DNA from: Planctomycetota bacterium
GTDB lineage: Bacteria; Planctomycetota; UBA8108; UBA1146
Length of the DNA stretch: 64,000 nucleotides
Assembly: GCA_012960845.1 (NCBI GenBank)
Contig: DUAN01000191.1
Location: forward strand, 5,699 to 69,698
Reading direction: 5' to 3'
The notes beneath the pieces are model-generated. The model saw only the letters and a list, made by a program, of their open reading frames with translations. It did no database searches and was not told the origin of the DNA. The position numbers and the translations under genes are program-made. This document shows positions 1 to 9,864 of the stretch, in pieces (position 1 is the first letter of the stretch; the number at the start of each line of letters is the position of its first letter).

Positions 1-76
1 AACCGACGATGCTCTTGATTGCGCGAGCTTCCCACCCTGCCCCTAGTCTCTAGCGGGTAGCAAACGGATGCCTCTG

Positions 77-117
77 CGAGAGGCCTTTTCCATCCGGGAA
101 AGGCCTCTCGCTTTTTT
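77..117 (+). terminator. Putative rho-independent terminator
   Basis: An 11-bp perfect inverted repeat, gcgagaggcct (77-87) and aggcctctcgc (101-111), is followed by a T-run (112-117). It probably terminates a gene lying upstream of the window, or acts bidirectionally. Confidence 0.4.
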
Positions 118-437
118 CATCGAGGATATTGACCGATGGCTCAGCTCTATTCCCCCACCGAGGCTGGGCTCCATCGCACCCTCTGGAGTCGCCACGCCGA
201 CTTCGTTGAACTTCTCTTTCCTGCCACCTGTTGCATTCCGCAACAGGTCATTCGCAACGGTTCAGTGGAGAGTTTACGATCGAACCCTGAAGAGACATTG
301 CCCGATGAGACGATGAGACGAGGAGACTTGGGCCCGCTGGATGGCCCCGGTCACATTATTCAAGTGCGCCGTGACAGATATTAGTTGAACTTCCAGAACC
401 GCTTATCGGTCTGGTCCATGCTGAATTCCGGTCCCCC

Positions 438-2441
438 ATGAATTCTAAAAATTTCCGCATCGCTGTTCTCCTGCTCACCTTGATCTCCTCCACCAGCGCC
501 GGCTGGACACAATCTGTACCTCGGGGCTGGCTCACCGCTCCAGCGGGATCGGGAAGCAGTTACTTTGTCGATCCCGCCGATCTGCTGGCGGGTCCGACTC
601 CGTTGCAAGGAAGTTCAGCCCTGGGCATCTGCCTGGTCCCTGAACCCAATCCGTGGAGTGTCGATGCTGTGATCGTGATCGACATCTTCAGTTTCGAGAA
701 CTGGGTCTATGATGCCGTGACGCTGGACCCTCTCGATACGATCCTCAATCCAACCCCTCCCGGGGCTCTGACCACCGGAATCACCACCGATGGAACCACT
801 CTCTTCTGGGCGATCGTCACTGCCACAGGCACTAGCGACCTCTGGAGAACCGATCTGGACGGAGGGAATCCGGCACTGGTCGGGACGATGGGACTTCAGG
901 GGCCGGCGTTCGCAGGAGGCCTCGCATGGAATGGCTCGAATGGAATCTGGGCAAACAATATTTCCGGCGATCGGTACGACCTGATCTCGACCAGCGATGG
1001 CAGTTACCTGGGAGCGAGCATCTTTCACCCCGATGGGTCTGGACCTGGCAACGGAGTGGCCTGGCGATCGGATTGTGAAAGACTGGAAGTTCCTCACGGA
1101 CCTGCGAGAGCGAGTCGGGTCACTAGCATCTCGATCATCGATCCGTTGACCGATGTCGCCCTCGCTCCGATGGCGGTGGCGGCTACCGCCTACTTCATCA
1201 ATGGCATCGAGACTTCTCGCTCTGCAGCCGCTGCTGGTTTCGATCCATTTGGGGTCTATTCGATCTGGGTCGTCGACAATGGATCCAACTCCTTGATCGT
1301 CCTCGAGGGGCGCCAACAGTGCCCCGAAGCACTCGATCCCATCAACGCTATCGAGTACCGAGCAACAACGAATGGCGAGATTGTCGTCACCTGGGAAGCG
1401 GATTCCTCGCTCGACAGCGTCGATATCCGGATCGATGGGGAGTTGCAAGACAGTCTCGATGGAGCCAGCGGTCAATGGAGCGGGATCTCCCCGATCCTAC
1501 CGGGCCTGGTGACACTTCAGATCAACGGGCATAGCGGAAACTCATGGACTCCCACCAGTTCCAGTGAGCTACTGGTTCCCGGCTGTTCTGACGGGTCGAT
1601 TCAACTCTCACACCTCGATCTGCCAGACCTCTTTGAACCGGGCACTCCCGTCTGTGGCTCCGGCTTGGCCCACTTATCTCAATCTTACTGGCGCACCTTC
1701 AATCATTGCGAAGCTCCATTTTCTCAAACCGAAGGGATGTGGGTCGAGTCGATTCGAGTGGCAGTGGAGAACTCAGAACCGGGCCCGGGCTTCATCACCC
1801 AACCGGTAATTCTTCGGCTCTATGAGGATCCCAACCGAGATTCCATCGCACCTGTGGACACCTTGCTGGAACTCCACGAGCAGCAATTTCAGATCCCTCC
1901 CCTGGTTCAGCAACATTTCTGCCTCAACCTGAACTCACCGTTGGCGGTCGAGTGTGGTACCCAGTTGGTCGTCGAACTGGAACTGGTGGATGGATCCTTT
2001 GATGAACATCTCTTCGTTCTGGGATCGAACTCGCAGGGAGAAAGTTCCGCAGGAAATTACTCGGCCGCTTCTTGCGGCATAGCCGAACCGGTCCCCTTCG
2101 CTACCCTCGGGTGGGGAAGCGTGCACATCGGAATCGATCTGATCGGTCGCAATCTCTCGCGCCCCTTCATCCGTGGCGACAGCAATGGAGACGGTTCTCG
2201 AAATCTCGCCGATGCGATCCGGATTCTCGAGGTGCTGTTTATTCCCGGTTCGATCGGGTTCGACTGTTCCGACGCGGCAGATTGTAATGACGACGGCTCC
2301 GTGAACCTGGCCGATGCTGTGACCCTTCTGTCCTATCTATTTATCCCTGGAACCCCACCAATCGCCGATCCCAGCAGTTGTGGGATAGATCCTCCGCCAC
2401 CGGACTCGCTCCTCTGCGAAGAAAATGCCGGTTGTCTGTAA
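438..2441 (+). CDS. Secreted hypothetical protein (667 aa) with an FN3-like Cys-clamped 'RIDGE' module and the shared dockerin-like C-terminal module
   Basis: N-terminal signal peptide MNSKNFRIAVLLLTLISSTSAGW. The C-terminus reads RGDSNGDGSRNLADAIRILEVLF...DCNDDGSVNLADAVTLLSYLF...SSCGIDPPPPDSLLCEENAGCL. This tandem D-x-N-x-D-G dockerin-like repeat and Cys tail is the same as in eight other proteins in the window. Confidence 0.7.
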   Translation: MNSKNFRIAVLLLTLISSTSAGWTQSVPRGWLTAPAGSGSSYFVDPADLLAGPTPLQGSSALGICLVPEPNPWSVDAVIVIDIFSFENWVYDAVTLDPLDTILNPTPPGALTTGITTDGTTLFWAIVTATGTSDLWRTDLDGGNPALVGTMGLQGPAFAGGLAWNGSNGIWANNISGDRYDLISTSDGSYLGASIFHPDGSGPGNGVAWRSDCERLEVPHGPARASRVTSISIIDPLTDVALAPMAVAATAYFINGIETSRSAAAAGFDPFGVYSIWVVDNGSNSLIVLEGRQQCPEALDPINAIEYRATTNGEIVVTWEADSSLDSVDIRIDGELQDSLDGASGQWSGISPILPGLVTLQINGHSGNSWTPTSSSELLVPGCSDGSIQLSHLDLPDLFEPGTPVCGSGLAHLSQSYWRTFNHCEAPFSQTEGMWVESIRVAVENSEPGPGFITQPVILRLYEDPNRDSIAPVDTLLELHEQQFQIPPLVQQHFCLNLNSPLAVECGTQLVVELELVDGSFDEHLFVLGSNSQGESSAGNYSAASCGIAEPVPFATLGWGSVHIGIDLIGRNLSRPFIRGDSNGDGSRNLADAIRILEVLFIPGSIGFDCSDAADCNDDGSVNLADAVTLLSYLFIPGTPPIADPSSCGIDPPPPDSLLCEENAGCL

Positions 2442-2707
2442 ATTCCCTGGTTAACCCCTGCAAGAACTACCTAAATGAACTTTCTGGTCCTTGACCCGGC
2501 CCGTTGTCCCGGTAAATTTGACTTATAGGGCTGAATCCCTCTTCCTTTTGATTTCTGGGTCAATTGTACCCCAGGTTCAAATGGGTCTGAGATTATCGGG
2601 GTTCAACCAACGGGTCCAAATTCACAGTTTTCGATCTTGAGGTATCTGCGAAACAAGCCAACTGGCTGGGACAAATTCGTCTCCGTTTTCGCTCGGAAGG
2701 GATTGAG

Positions 2708-5700
2708 TTGATGCGTCTTCTTATTCTTGGACTGGCATTCACATTTGCATTGCCAACCTATGTTTACTCACAACCTGCAAATGATGAGTGTGCCGGTGCG
2801 GAAGTGATCCCTTTTAGCACTGGGGTGACACTGCAAGCGATCGACACCACCACCGCCACGACCAGTGCGAATCCTGTGGTTGGGGCACCCTGTGCAGGAT
2901 CTGCCATCGGCACCTGTGAGTTCGATGTCTGGTACAGCTGGACACCTGCCGTCGATGGGCTGGTCCAGATCTCAACCTGTAACCTGATCGACTTCGACTC
3001 CGACGTGCTGGTCTACAGCAGTGGATGTGGAACTCTGGATGAAGTCGCTTGTAACGGAGACGGCGGCGGTTGTGCCGGGTTCTCCTCACTGATTGCTGGA
3101 TTCACGGTGCTCGGAGGTACCGAGTACCTCATCCGAATCGGTGGCTGGGACGCAGGCTCTTCCGGAGTCGGTGACCTCGAGATCACATTTTCAGACTTAC
3201 TTCCGGTCTCCAACCTCATTTGCACGCCGGACAACTCGTCCGGAATCAATGAAGTGACCGTTGCATGGGACGAAGACGTCTTCTACAACAACGTCAATCT
3301 TTACCTCGATGTGGTCGATCCAGCCAACTTGATCGCAACCGTTCCCGGTGGCGGAGCGGGTGCTACGGGTTCGTTCCTGTACTCGCCAGCTGCCGATGGT
3401 GGACACTCCATCATCGTCGAGGCGGAGTCGGGAGGGACTTTTGCCCCGACTGCCACCTGCACTTACTTCTTCTCTGCCCCCTGCCCGACCACCAACGGTG
3501 CGACCATGGTCCCGGTAGCCACCAACTTGCCGCTGGGCGGCGCCGTTTCCTGCAACGCAGGAGGCCTCCACGCAGACAACTCCTACTACCGTGCCTTCGA
3601 TCTCTGTAACAACTACTCGATCACCAACAACATCGATGTGCGCTGTGTCACCACGGCGTTCGCCTCGACCCCCGCTGCGGGCACCCCCACCCAGCCGGTT
3701 CGTGTACGCCTCAGCGTCGACACCAACGGCGGTGCTGTCGGGCCGTTGACTGCGCTGACGCTGGTCTACGAGGAAGAGTTCCAGGTGCCAGTGGTACCCA
3801 ATGATATCTACAGCTTCGTCATGGGCACCGGATTGGTCGACCCGGACGGAACCCTCGCAGGCACGGCCTCGACCGTGATCGGCTGCCTCGATGGCGAAAC
3901 CCTCGTGGTCGAAATCTTCACCCCCGACGGACAAGCCGCTGGGCACAGCCTGTTCATGGGGATCCCAGATCCTGCGCAAACCAACCCGGCCACCGACCAG
4001 ATCGGTGCCAGTTACATCTCGGCAGCGGCCTGTGGATTGACCGAACCGCTGGACATGGTCAACCTTGGATTCCCGACCAACATGTGGGTGATGGATGTCG
4101 CCTGGGATGACGCCGGACCTTGCGTCTGTGGTGGTGGGGTTTCCAACCTGATCTGTCAGCAGACCCCCGGAACCACCCAGTGGGACATGGCCTGGACCCC
4201 GGTCGGACCCATCGGATCCTACGAGGTCGAGATCGACGGAAACATCGAGGCGGTCCTCGATGGAACAGCCACCAGTTACCAGACACCTGCTGTGACCGCA
4301 TACGAGGTTCAGCAGATGTTCATCACCGCCTATGACGGTCCCGGTGCCACCGGATCGATCATCAACTATGCCGGTTGCGACACCAACACCGCACCCGCCA
4401 ACAGTTGGTTCGAAGGTGCCGAGGCGATCGCCATCGGAAATACCGATTTCAGCATCACCAATGCGGTGCTGACCACCGGACCCGATCTCGATGCTGCAGT
4501 GTGCGCCATGAACATCGGAAATGATGGCATCTTCAATGACCTGTACTACTGCTTCACTGCAGGGAGTACCGGCGAAGTGCTGGTTTCCACCTGTGGCGGC
4601 GCCACCTTCGACACCCGTCTTGCGGTTTACACCGGCTGCACCAGTGACGATCCTGCCGGCGTGATCAGCTGTAACGATGACGCTGCCACCGGCGGTACCA
4701 CTCCAGGTGGAACGGCTCCCGGCAGTACCAACCTTGCCTGCACCAACTTCGCTGCGGAATTGACCTTCGAGGCCACTCAGGGCGAGACTTACATGATCCG
4801 CGTCGGAACCTTCAATCAGGCGGGACTGGGCGACGGCACCCTGACGATGAACGACTGCATCCCACCGGGGAATGCCACCGGAAGTGCCGATTGTGCTACT
4901 GGCGATGTCACCCTTTCGTGGGACTCCAACCCGAACTTCGTCTCGATGGAAATCACTCGCGACGGTGTCTCGATCGGCAACCCGGATCCAGCGGACACCT
5001 CGTTCGTCGATCCATCTGTGGCCAACGGAAACTACCTCTACGAGATCAGCGGAGACTGTGGAAGCGGTCTAAATCCGGCACCAGTCAATGTCTCGGTACT
5101 GACCTTCAGTGGCCAGACCGATATCATCCTGGCGATGGAAGGACTGCAGACCAACGGTGCCCTCGGCGATACCGATAGTGGCCAGGCCCTGCTCGACGCG
5201 CTGATCGCCGCCGGAAGAGACGCTGGCATGGTCAGAGCTTCGGTTCTCGATTACCCGTGCATCAATGAGAGTAGCGTCGAGAACATCTGGGTGATGACCG
5301 GAACCGTCCCCTTCGACTACCGCATCACTGCCGGTGAAGGAGATGCCCTGGGACAGGCCAGCATCGACGGTAAGAACATCTACTTCGAGGGTGGGGACCA
5401 CTTCGGTTTTGTTCACCAGGCTTCCCTCTTCGATTCGCGTGACGGGGTCGACGATTCCACCTACGACACCGGCGATGGAGATGACACCTTCACCTCGATG
5501 AATGGTCTCGATAGCGGTCAAGGACTCGACCTCAGCGGTTACCAGGCTGTGGCCTACATCCAGGACCTACCGCTCGACAATGAGTGGACCGATCAGTTGA
5601 CCCCGGCCACCAGTGACGGCAGTGGACCCAATGCTGCCGCCATCTGGGAAAACCAGGATGACGGTCTCTCCGGCGGGGGCGTTCCCTCGGCCGGCGCCGA

Positions 5701-6124
5701 AGGAAACTACGTCACCACGGTCTTCTACAACACCGACGATGGTGGAAGAACGATCAGTAGTGGCTGGGAGTTCGGCGGTTTCTCTGGAGACCAGACGATT
5801 CTGGCACAGGACTACCTCGGAGCGTTCGCCTCTGGCCCGCCCCAGGTGCTCTTCAAGCGGGGCGACAAGAACATGGATGGCGGATTCAACATCGCCGATG
5901 AAATCTACCTGCTGGCGGCCTTGTTCTCTGGCGGCTCTCCGTGCGCGTGCCCCGACTCTTGCGACGAGAATGATGATGGTTCGGTCAACATCGCAGATGC
6001 CATCTATGGCCTTGCTGCCCTCTTCTCGGGTGGAGCCGCACCTCCGGCTCCGGGTCCGAACACCTGCGGTCCTGACCCGACCGACGATGCTCTGGCAGAC
6101 TGTGTTTACACCGGTGCCTGCTAG
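2708..6124 (+). CDS. Giant secreted multidomain protein (1138 aa): PPC-like (pre-peptidase C-terminal-like) domains, an FN3-like module, a ~245-aa module shared with the next gene, and the dockerin-like C-terminal module
   Basis: Signal peptide MMRLLILGLAFTFALPTYVYSQP. Repeated PPC-like signature D[VI]W[YF]x[WFY]TP..G...ISTC....DSD..VY.G.CG.L..VACNGD.G.C.GFSSL....V.GGTEYLIRIGGW....G.L.I. C-terminus KRGDKNMDGGFNIADEIYLLAALFSGG...CDENDDGSVNIADAIYGLAALFSGGAAPPAPGPNTCGPDPTDDALADCVYTGAC. A terminator hairpin follows the stop codon. Confidence 0.75.
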   Translation: MMRLLILGLAFTFALPTYVYSQPANDECAGAEVIPFSTGVTLQAIDTTTATTSANPVVGAPCAGSAIGTCEFDVWYSWTPAVDGLVQISTCNLIDFDSDVLVYSSGCGTLDEVACNGDGGGCAGFSSLIAGFTVLGGTEYLIRIGGWDAGSSGVGDLEITFSDLLPVSNLICTPDNSSGINEVTVAWDEDVFYNNVNLYLDVVDPANLIATVPGGGAGATGSFLYSPAADGGHSIIVEAESGGTFAPTATCTYFFSAPCPTTNGATMVPVATNLPLGGAVSCNAGGLHADNSYYRAFDLCNNYSITNNIDVRCVTTAFASTPAAGTPTQPVRVRLSVDTNGGAVGPLTALTLVYEEEFQVPVVPNDIYSFVMGTGLVDPDGTLAGTASTVIGCLDGETLVVEIFTPDGQAAGHSLFMGIPDPAQTNPATDQIGASYISAAACGLTEPLDMVNLGFPTNMWVMDVAWDDAGPCVCGGGVSNLICQQTPGTTQWDMAWTPVGPIGSYEVEIDGNIEAVLDGTATSYQTPAVTAYEVQQMFITAYDGPGATGSIINYAGCDTNTAPANSWFEGAEAIAIGNTDFSITNAVLTTGPDLDAAVCAMNIGNDGIFNDLYYCFTAGSTGEVLVSTCGGATFDTRLAVYTGCTSDDPAGVISCNDDAATGGTTPGGTAPGSTNLACTNFAAELTFEATQGETYMIRVGTFNQAGLGDGTLTMNDCIPPGNATGSADCATGDVTLSWDSNPNFVSMEITRDGVSIGNPDPADTSFVDPSVANGNYLYEISGDCGSGLNPAPVNVSVLTFSGQTDIILAMEGLQTNGALGDTDSGQALLDALIAAGRDAGMVRASVLDYPCINESSVENIWVMTGTVPFDYRITAGEGDALGQASIDGKNIYFEGGDHFGFVHQASLFDSRDGVDDSTYDTGDGDDTFTSMNGLDSGQGLDLSGYQAVAYIQDLPLDNEWTDQLTPATSDGSGPNAAAIWENQDDGLSGGGVPSAGAEGNYVTTVFYNTDDGGRTISSGWEFGGFSGDQTILAQDYLGAFASGPPQVLFKRGDKNMDGGFNIADEIYLLAALFSGGSPCACPDSCDENDDGSVNIADAIYGLAALFSGGAAPPAPGPNTCGPDPTDDALADCVYTGAC

Positions 6125-6186
6125 AGTTTGAACTGCAGCGAGGGAATGTCGAGGTGGCCCCCGTGGTGACCTTGACTGACTGGAAG

Positions 6187-6232
6187 CCGAGGGGCGGTGA
6201 GGAATACCTCTCACCGCCTCTCGGCCTTTTTT
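6187..6232 (+). terminator. Rho-independent terminator downstream of the 2708..6124 gene
   Basis: Stem ccgaggggcggtgagg (6187-6202), loop aatacc, stem tctcaccgcctctcgg (6209-6224, two G-U wobbles), then cctttttt (6225-6232). Confidence 0.6.
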
Positions 6233-6495
6233 CGAGAAAAACCTGTCGACTACGACTTCGCAGAATTGAGCCGGTGCGTGCGGATCGGTATCCAAGAAGA
6301 AACCAAGACTTACAACTCGTCGTTGGTTTCAAGATCAAGTGATAAAAAGTCTCGTCCAGAATTGGATCAATTTGGCGGCTGCGTTGCGAGAGCCATTTGT
6401 TCCGAATACGCTGACATGCTGGAAGTGTGAAAATCCCTTTCGTTTCCTCCGATCCCGAGGCCGTGTCTCGTGGATTGGCACTGGAGGTCAATGAC

Positions 6496-9400
6496 ATGAA
6501 ATCGCTCTCTTTTGCAGTCCTCATGGCACTGCTTATCACTGTTTTCCCCGGTGCTCTTTCTGGCCAGGTGGTCATCAACGAGGTGCGCATCGATCAGTCC
6601 AGTACTGACACCGATGAGTACTTTGAACTGGCAGGCCCTGCTGGCCAATCGTTGACCGGGCTCTCCTATATAGTGCTCGGCGACAGTTCCGCTGGAAGTG
6701 GCTCCGTCGAAGCGGTGGTCACGCTGTTTGGCCAGACGATTCCTGGCAGCGGATTGTTTGTCGCGGCAGAGGCGACCTTCACCATCGGCGTGGCAGACTT
6801 CACCACTGACCTGAACTTCGAGAACAGTGATAATGTAACTCACATGCTCGTATCCGGTTTCACCGGTGTCGTCGGAGACGATCTGGATACTGACGACGAC
6901 GGAATCCTCGATTCCACTCCATGGAGTTCCATCGAGGACGATTTCGCCCTGCTGGAAAATCCGATCGATCCCATCACTGGCAACACCTCAGCCGGCGAAC
7001 TGGTTTACAGTCAAAACACCATCGGACCCGATGGAACCTTCACCCCCGCCCATGTGGTGCGCTGCCCCGATATTTCGGGCGACTGGGAGATCATGCCATT
7101 TGCTGATCTGGGTGCTCCCTTCGACACCCCAGGATCTTTCAATACCTGTCCTGAAGTTTGTGACAACGGTGCCGATGACGATGGGGATGGAGATACCGAT
7201 TGCGCCGATCTCGATTGCGCAGGAGACCCCAGCTGCGCCCCCACTCCACCCAACGATGATTGCACCGCGGCCACCGCGCTGATCGAGGGTGTCTTTGGCT
7301 TCACCACCCTTGGATCATCCACCGACGGCCCGACCAACTGTGGTGGCAGCCTGCTCAACGACATCTGGTTCCTCTACACCGCGTCCTGTAGCGGCACCGT
7401 CACCTTTTCCACCTGCAACTCAGCCAATTTCAATCCGCAGATGGCCATCTACCCCGGTAGCAGCCCCTGCCCGCCGGCAGTCGACTCCTTCATCGCCTGC
7501 GATGCAGGAAGTTGTAGTGGCTCGGGTGAACCGGAAATCTTCCTCGATGCCATTGCTGGTGAGGACTACCTGATTCAGATCGGTGGATTCAACGGAGAAC
7601 GCGGCGACGGGACACTGACCATCAGCTGTCCACCTGCAGATTGTCATCAGTTTCCCAACCCCAACATCGAGTATGACGGATTCGTCGGGACCTTGGTGAG
7701 CAATGCTCCCGCCGCTCCCATCACTGATACCGCACCCGCCTTCGACCTGATCGACGTCACCAGCGGTGGTACGATTGCCGATCTGGATGTGGGCGTTGAG
7801 ATCACCCACGCATTCATCGGGAATCTCGACATCGATGTGGTCGCCCCGTCTCAGACACAGATCCGTCTCTATCAGAGTGAAACCAATTCCGATGACGACA
7901 TGTCACTCATCTTTGACGATGAGGGTGTCGATTACGGCACTGTAACCACCTGGAGCGGCTCTCGAATGCAACCGTATGAGTTGTCACAGGGCACCGGCTC
8001 CCTCGCCAACTTTGACGGGGAACCGGCCAACGGGACCTGGGGTATCATCATCGCCGACATCTTCGCGGGATCCGCTGGAGGTACTCTGGACCAGTGGTCC
8101 CTGCAGATCAGCCAGCCACTGGCGATCCCCGATGGAACCTCCTTCTCCGAGAACCAGATCCTCATCGATCCGATCGATACCACGGGGATTCTTGACCTCG
8201 ATATCGACATCGACATCACCCATGGCGATGCATCCGATCTCGAGGTCGACCTGGTCTCCCCTCAGGGGACCTCGATCCGACTACACGACCATGGGGCTGG
8301 AACCGATCTGCTGGGACGCTTCGACGATGCCACCGGTTCCAACGACGGCTTCGGCGGGCTGATCCCCTCGGGCCCTGGAACACTGGCTGACTTTGATGGT
8401 GAAGCGGTGGGAGGCGCCTGGACGCTGACCGTTGCAGATACCATCTCCGGCATCGAGGGCTCCCTCAACGGTTGGGCTCTTCAGGTCTGTCCGGCAGACT
8501 GCGCCCCACCGACGGACTTGCTGTTGACCAGTAACTGCGGCGACGGCACCGTCAGCCTCTCGTGGATCAACAACTCACCCTACGACAGCATCCAGATCGA
8601 TCGAGATGGAGCGCCCCTCGATACCGTGGCGGGTACAGCCTCCGACTACACCGACCTCACCGCCTCCGACGGATTCCATGACTACACCGTTCGAGGAATC
8701 TGTCCGGTCGGTGCGGCTTCCGTCGAGGAATCCATCACTCACTACTCCTACAATGGAGAGGACACCATCGTGGTGGCGCTCGAAGGGCTGTTCGATGGAG
8801 GCGATACCGGAGCCAATGATTCAGGCCAAGCGATCCTCGACAGTTTGCTGGCTGCAGGGGCCAATGCTCGCCTGATCCGCACCCAGATCGATGAGTACGC
8901 CTGCCTCGATCCGCAAACAGTGTCCCAGGTGTGGATCGCATGTGGCACCTACCCGACAGACTTCAACCTCACATCGGAGGAAGCGAACCTCATCGCCGAC
9001 CTCGCCGCTGCGGGTGTAGCGATCTACTTCGAGAGTGCAGATCACTGGAGCTTCAACCACCCCATCTCCTCTTTCGATGATCGAGATGGAGTTGCGGAGC
9101 CGTATGCACAGGATGAGAACGACTCGTTGACATCGATCGACGGAGTCGATTCGGGTCTAGGGATCGACATGTCCGGTAGTCAGAACGTGAGTTACAACCA
9201 GGATTCCACTGGCAATGATTACAACAACTACCTGATTCCTGCATCGGCAGAACTCGCAGGTGGAAATGCTGGTCTGGTGTGGCAGTACGACGATGCCATC
9301 GGGAATATCGATCCGAACCTGGGTGTCACCACGGCATATCTGCCGGCCACCGGTGCTCCGGTCATCTGCTCCTCCTTCGAACTGGGGGGCATGGGAAGTG

Positions 9401-9744
9401 CCGCAGATCGAGATGCCGCAGTTGCTGCCTATCGGGCCTTCTTCGGCGGAGGTCCGCCTCCACCGACCGGAGGCTTCCAGCGGGCTGATTGCAACGCAGA
9501 CGGAGCATTCAACATCGCCGACGCCGTCTTCACACTGGCGAATCTCTTCTCCGGTGGACCCGAGAGTACCTGCGTCGACGCCTGCGACTCCAACGACGAC
9601 GGCAGCATCAACATCGCCGATGCGGTCTTTGCTCTGGCGACTCTCTTCAGTGGAGGTCCCAATCCTCCAGCACCGTTCGGGGACTGCGATGCCGATCCGA
9701 CCTCCGACTCCCTCGAGTGCGTGGAGTACAACAGCTGCCCCTGA
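6496..9744 (+). CDS. Giant secreted protein: lamin-tail domain (LTD), MopE-like Cys-rich linker, PPC-like domain, two tandem proprotein-convertase P-domains, FN3-like module, the ~245-aa shared module and the dockerin-like C-terminal module
   Basis: The track ORF starts at 6427, but the signal peptide MKSLSFAVLMALLITVFPGALSGQ starts at 6496. LTD motif VVINEVRIDQSSTDTDEYFELAGPAGQSLTGL. P-domain signatures DLDVGVEITHAFIGNLDIDVVAPSQTQIRL and DLDIDIDITHGDASDLEVDLVSPQGTSIRL...GAWTLTVADTISGIEGSLNGWALQV. C-terminus QRADCNADGAFNIADAVFTLANLFSGG...CDSNDDGSINIADAVFALATLFSGGPNPPAPFGDCDADPTSDSLECVEYNSCP. Confidence 0.75.
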   Translation: MKSLSFAVLMALLITVFPGALSGQVVINEVRIDQSSTDTDEYFELAGPAGQSLTGLSYIVLGDSSAGSGSVEAVVTLFGQTIPGSGLFVAAEATFTIGVADFTTDLNFENSDNVTHMLVSGFTGVVGDDLDTDDDGILDSTPWSSIEDDFALLENPIDPITGNTSAGELVYSQNTIGPDGTFTPAHVVRCPDISGDWEIMPFADLGAPFDTPGSFNTCPEVCDNGADDDGDGDTDCADLDCAGDPSCAPTPPNDDCTAATALIEGVFGFTTLGSSTDGPTNCGGSLLNDIWFLYTASCSGTVTFSTCNSANFNPQMAIYPGSSPCPPAVDSFIACDAGSCSGSGEPEIFLDAIAGEDYLIQIGGFNGERGDGTLTISCPPADCHQFPNPNIEYDGFVGTLVSNAPAAPITDTAPAFDLIDVTSGGTIADLDVGVEITHAFIGNLDIDVVAPSQTQIRLYQSETNSDDDMSLIFDDEGVDYGTVTTWSGSRMQPYELSQGTGSLANFDGEPANGTWGIIIADIFAGSAGGTLDQWSLQISQPLAIPDGTSFSENQILIDPIDTTGILDLDIDIDITHGDASDLEVDLVSPQGTSIRLHDHGAGTDLLGRFDDATGSNDGFGGLIPSGPGTLADFDGEAVGGAWTLTVADTISGIEGSLNGWALQVCPADCAPPTDLLLTSNCGDGTVSLSWINNSPYDSIQIDRDGAPLDTVAGTASDYTDLTASDGFHDYTVRGICPVGAASVEESITHYSYNGEDTIVVALEGLFDGGDTGANDSGQAILDSLLAAGANARLIRTQIDEYACLDPQTVSQVWIACGTYPTDFNLTSEEANLIADLAAAGVAIYFESADHWSFNHPISSFDDRDGVAEPYAQDENDSLTSIDGVDSGLGIDMSGSQNVSYNQDSTGNDYNNYLIPASAELAGGNAGLVWQYDDAIGNIDPNLGVTTAYLPATGAPVICSSFELGGMGSAADRDAAVAAYRAFFGGGPPPPTGGFQRADCNADGAFNIADAVFTLANLFSGGPESTCVDACDSNDDGSINIADAVFALATLFSGGPNPPAPFGDCDADPTSDSLECVEYNSCP

Positions 9745-9773
9745 TGACAGGATCAGTTCCGAGATGAAAATGC

Positions 9774-9815
9774 ACTGGCGGGTGAGGTCGAGTCGATCTC
9801 ACCCGCCAGTTTTCT
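9774..9815 (+). terminator. Rho-independent terminator downstream of the 6427..9744 gene
   Basis: Perfect 13-bp stem actggcgggtgag (9774-9786) and ctcacccgccagt (9798-9810), followed by tttct. Confidence 0.6.
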
Positions 9816-9864
9816 GATACCATGCTCCTGCCGCGGCGGCGACAGCGTAGCCGCAGAGGAAGGG

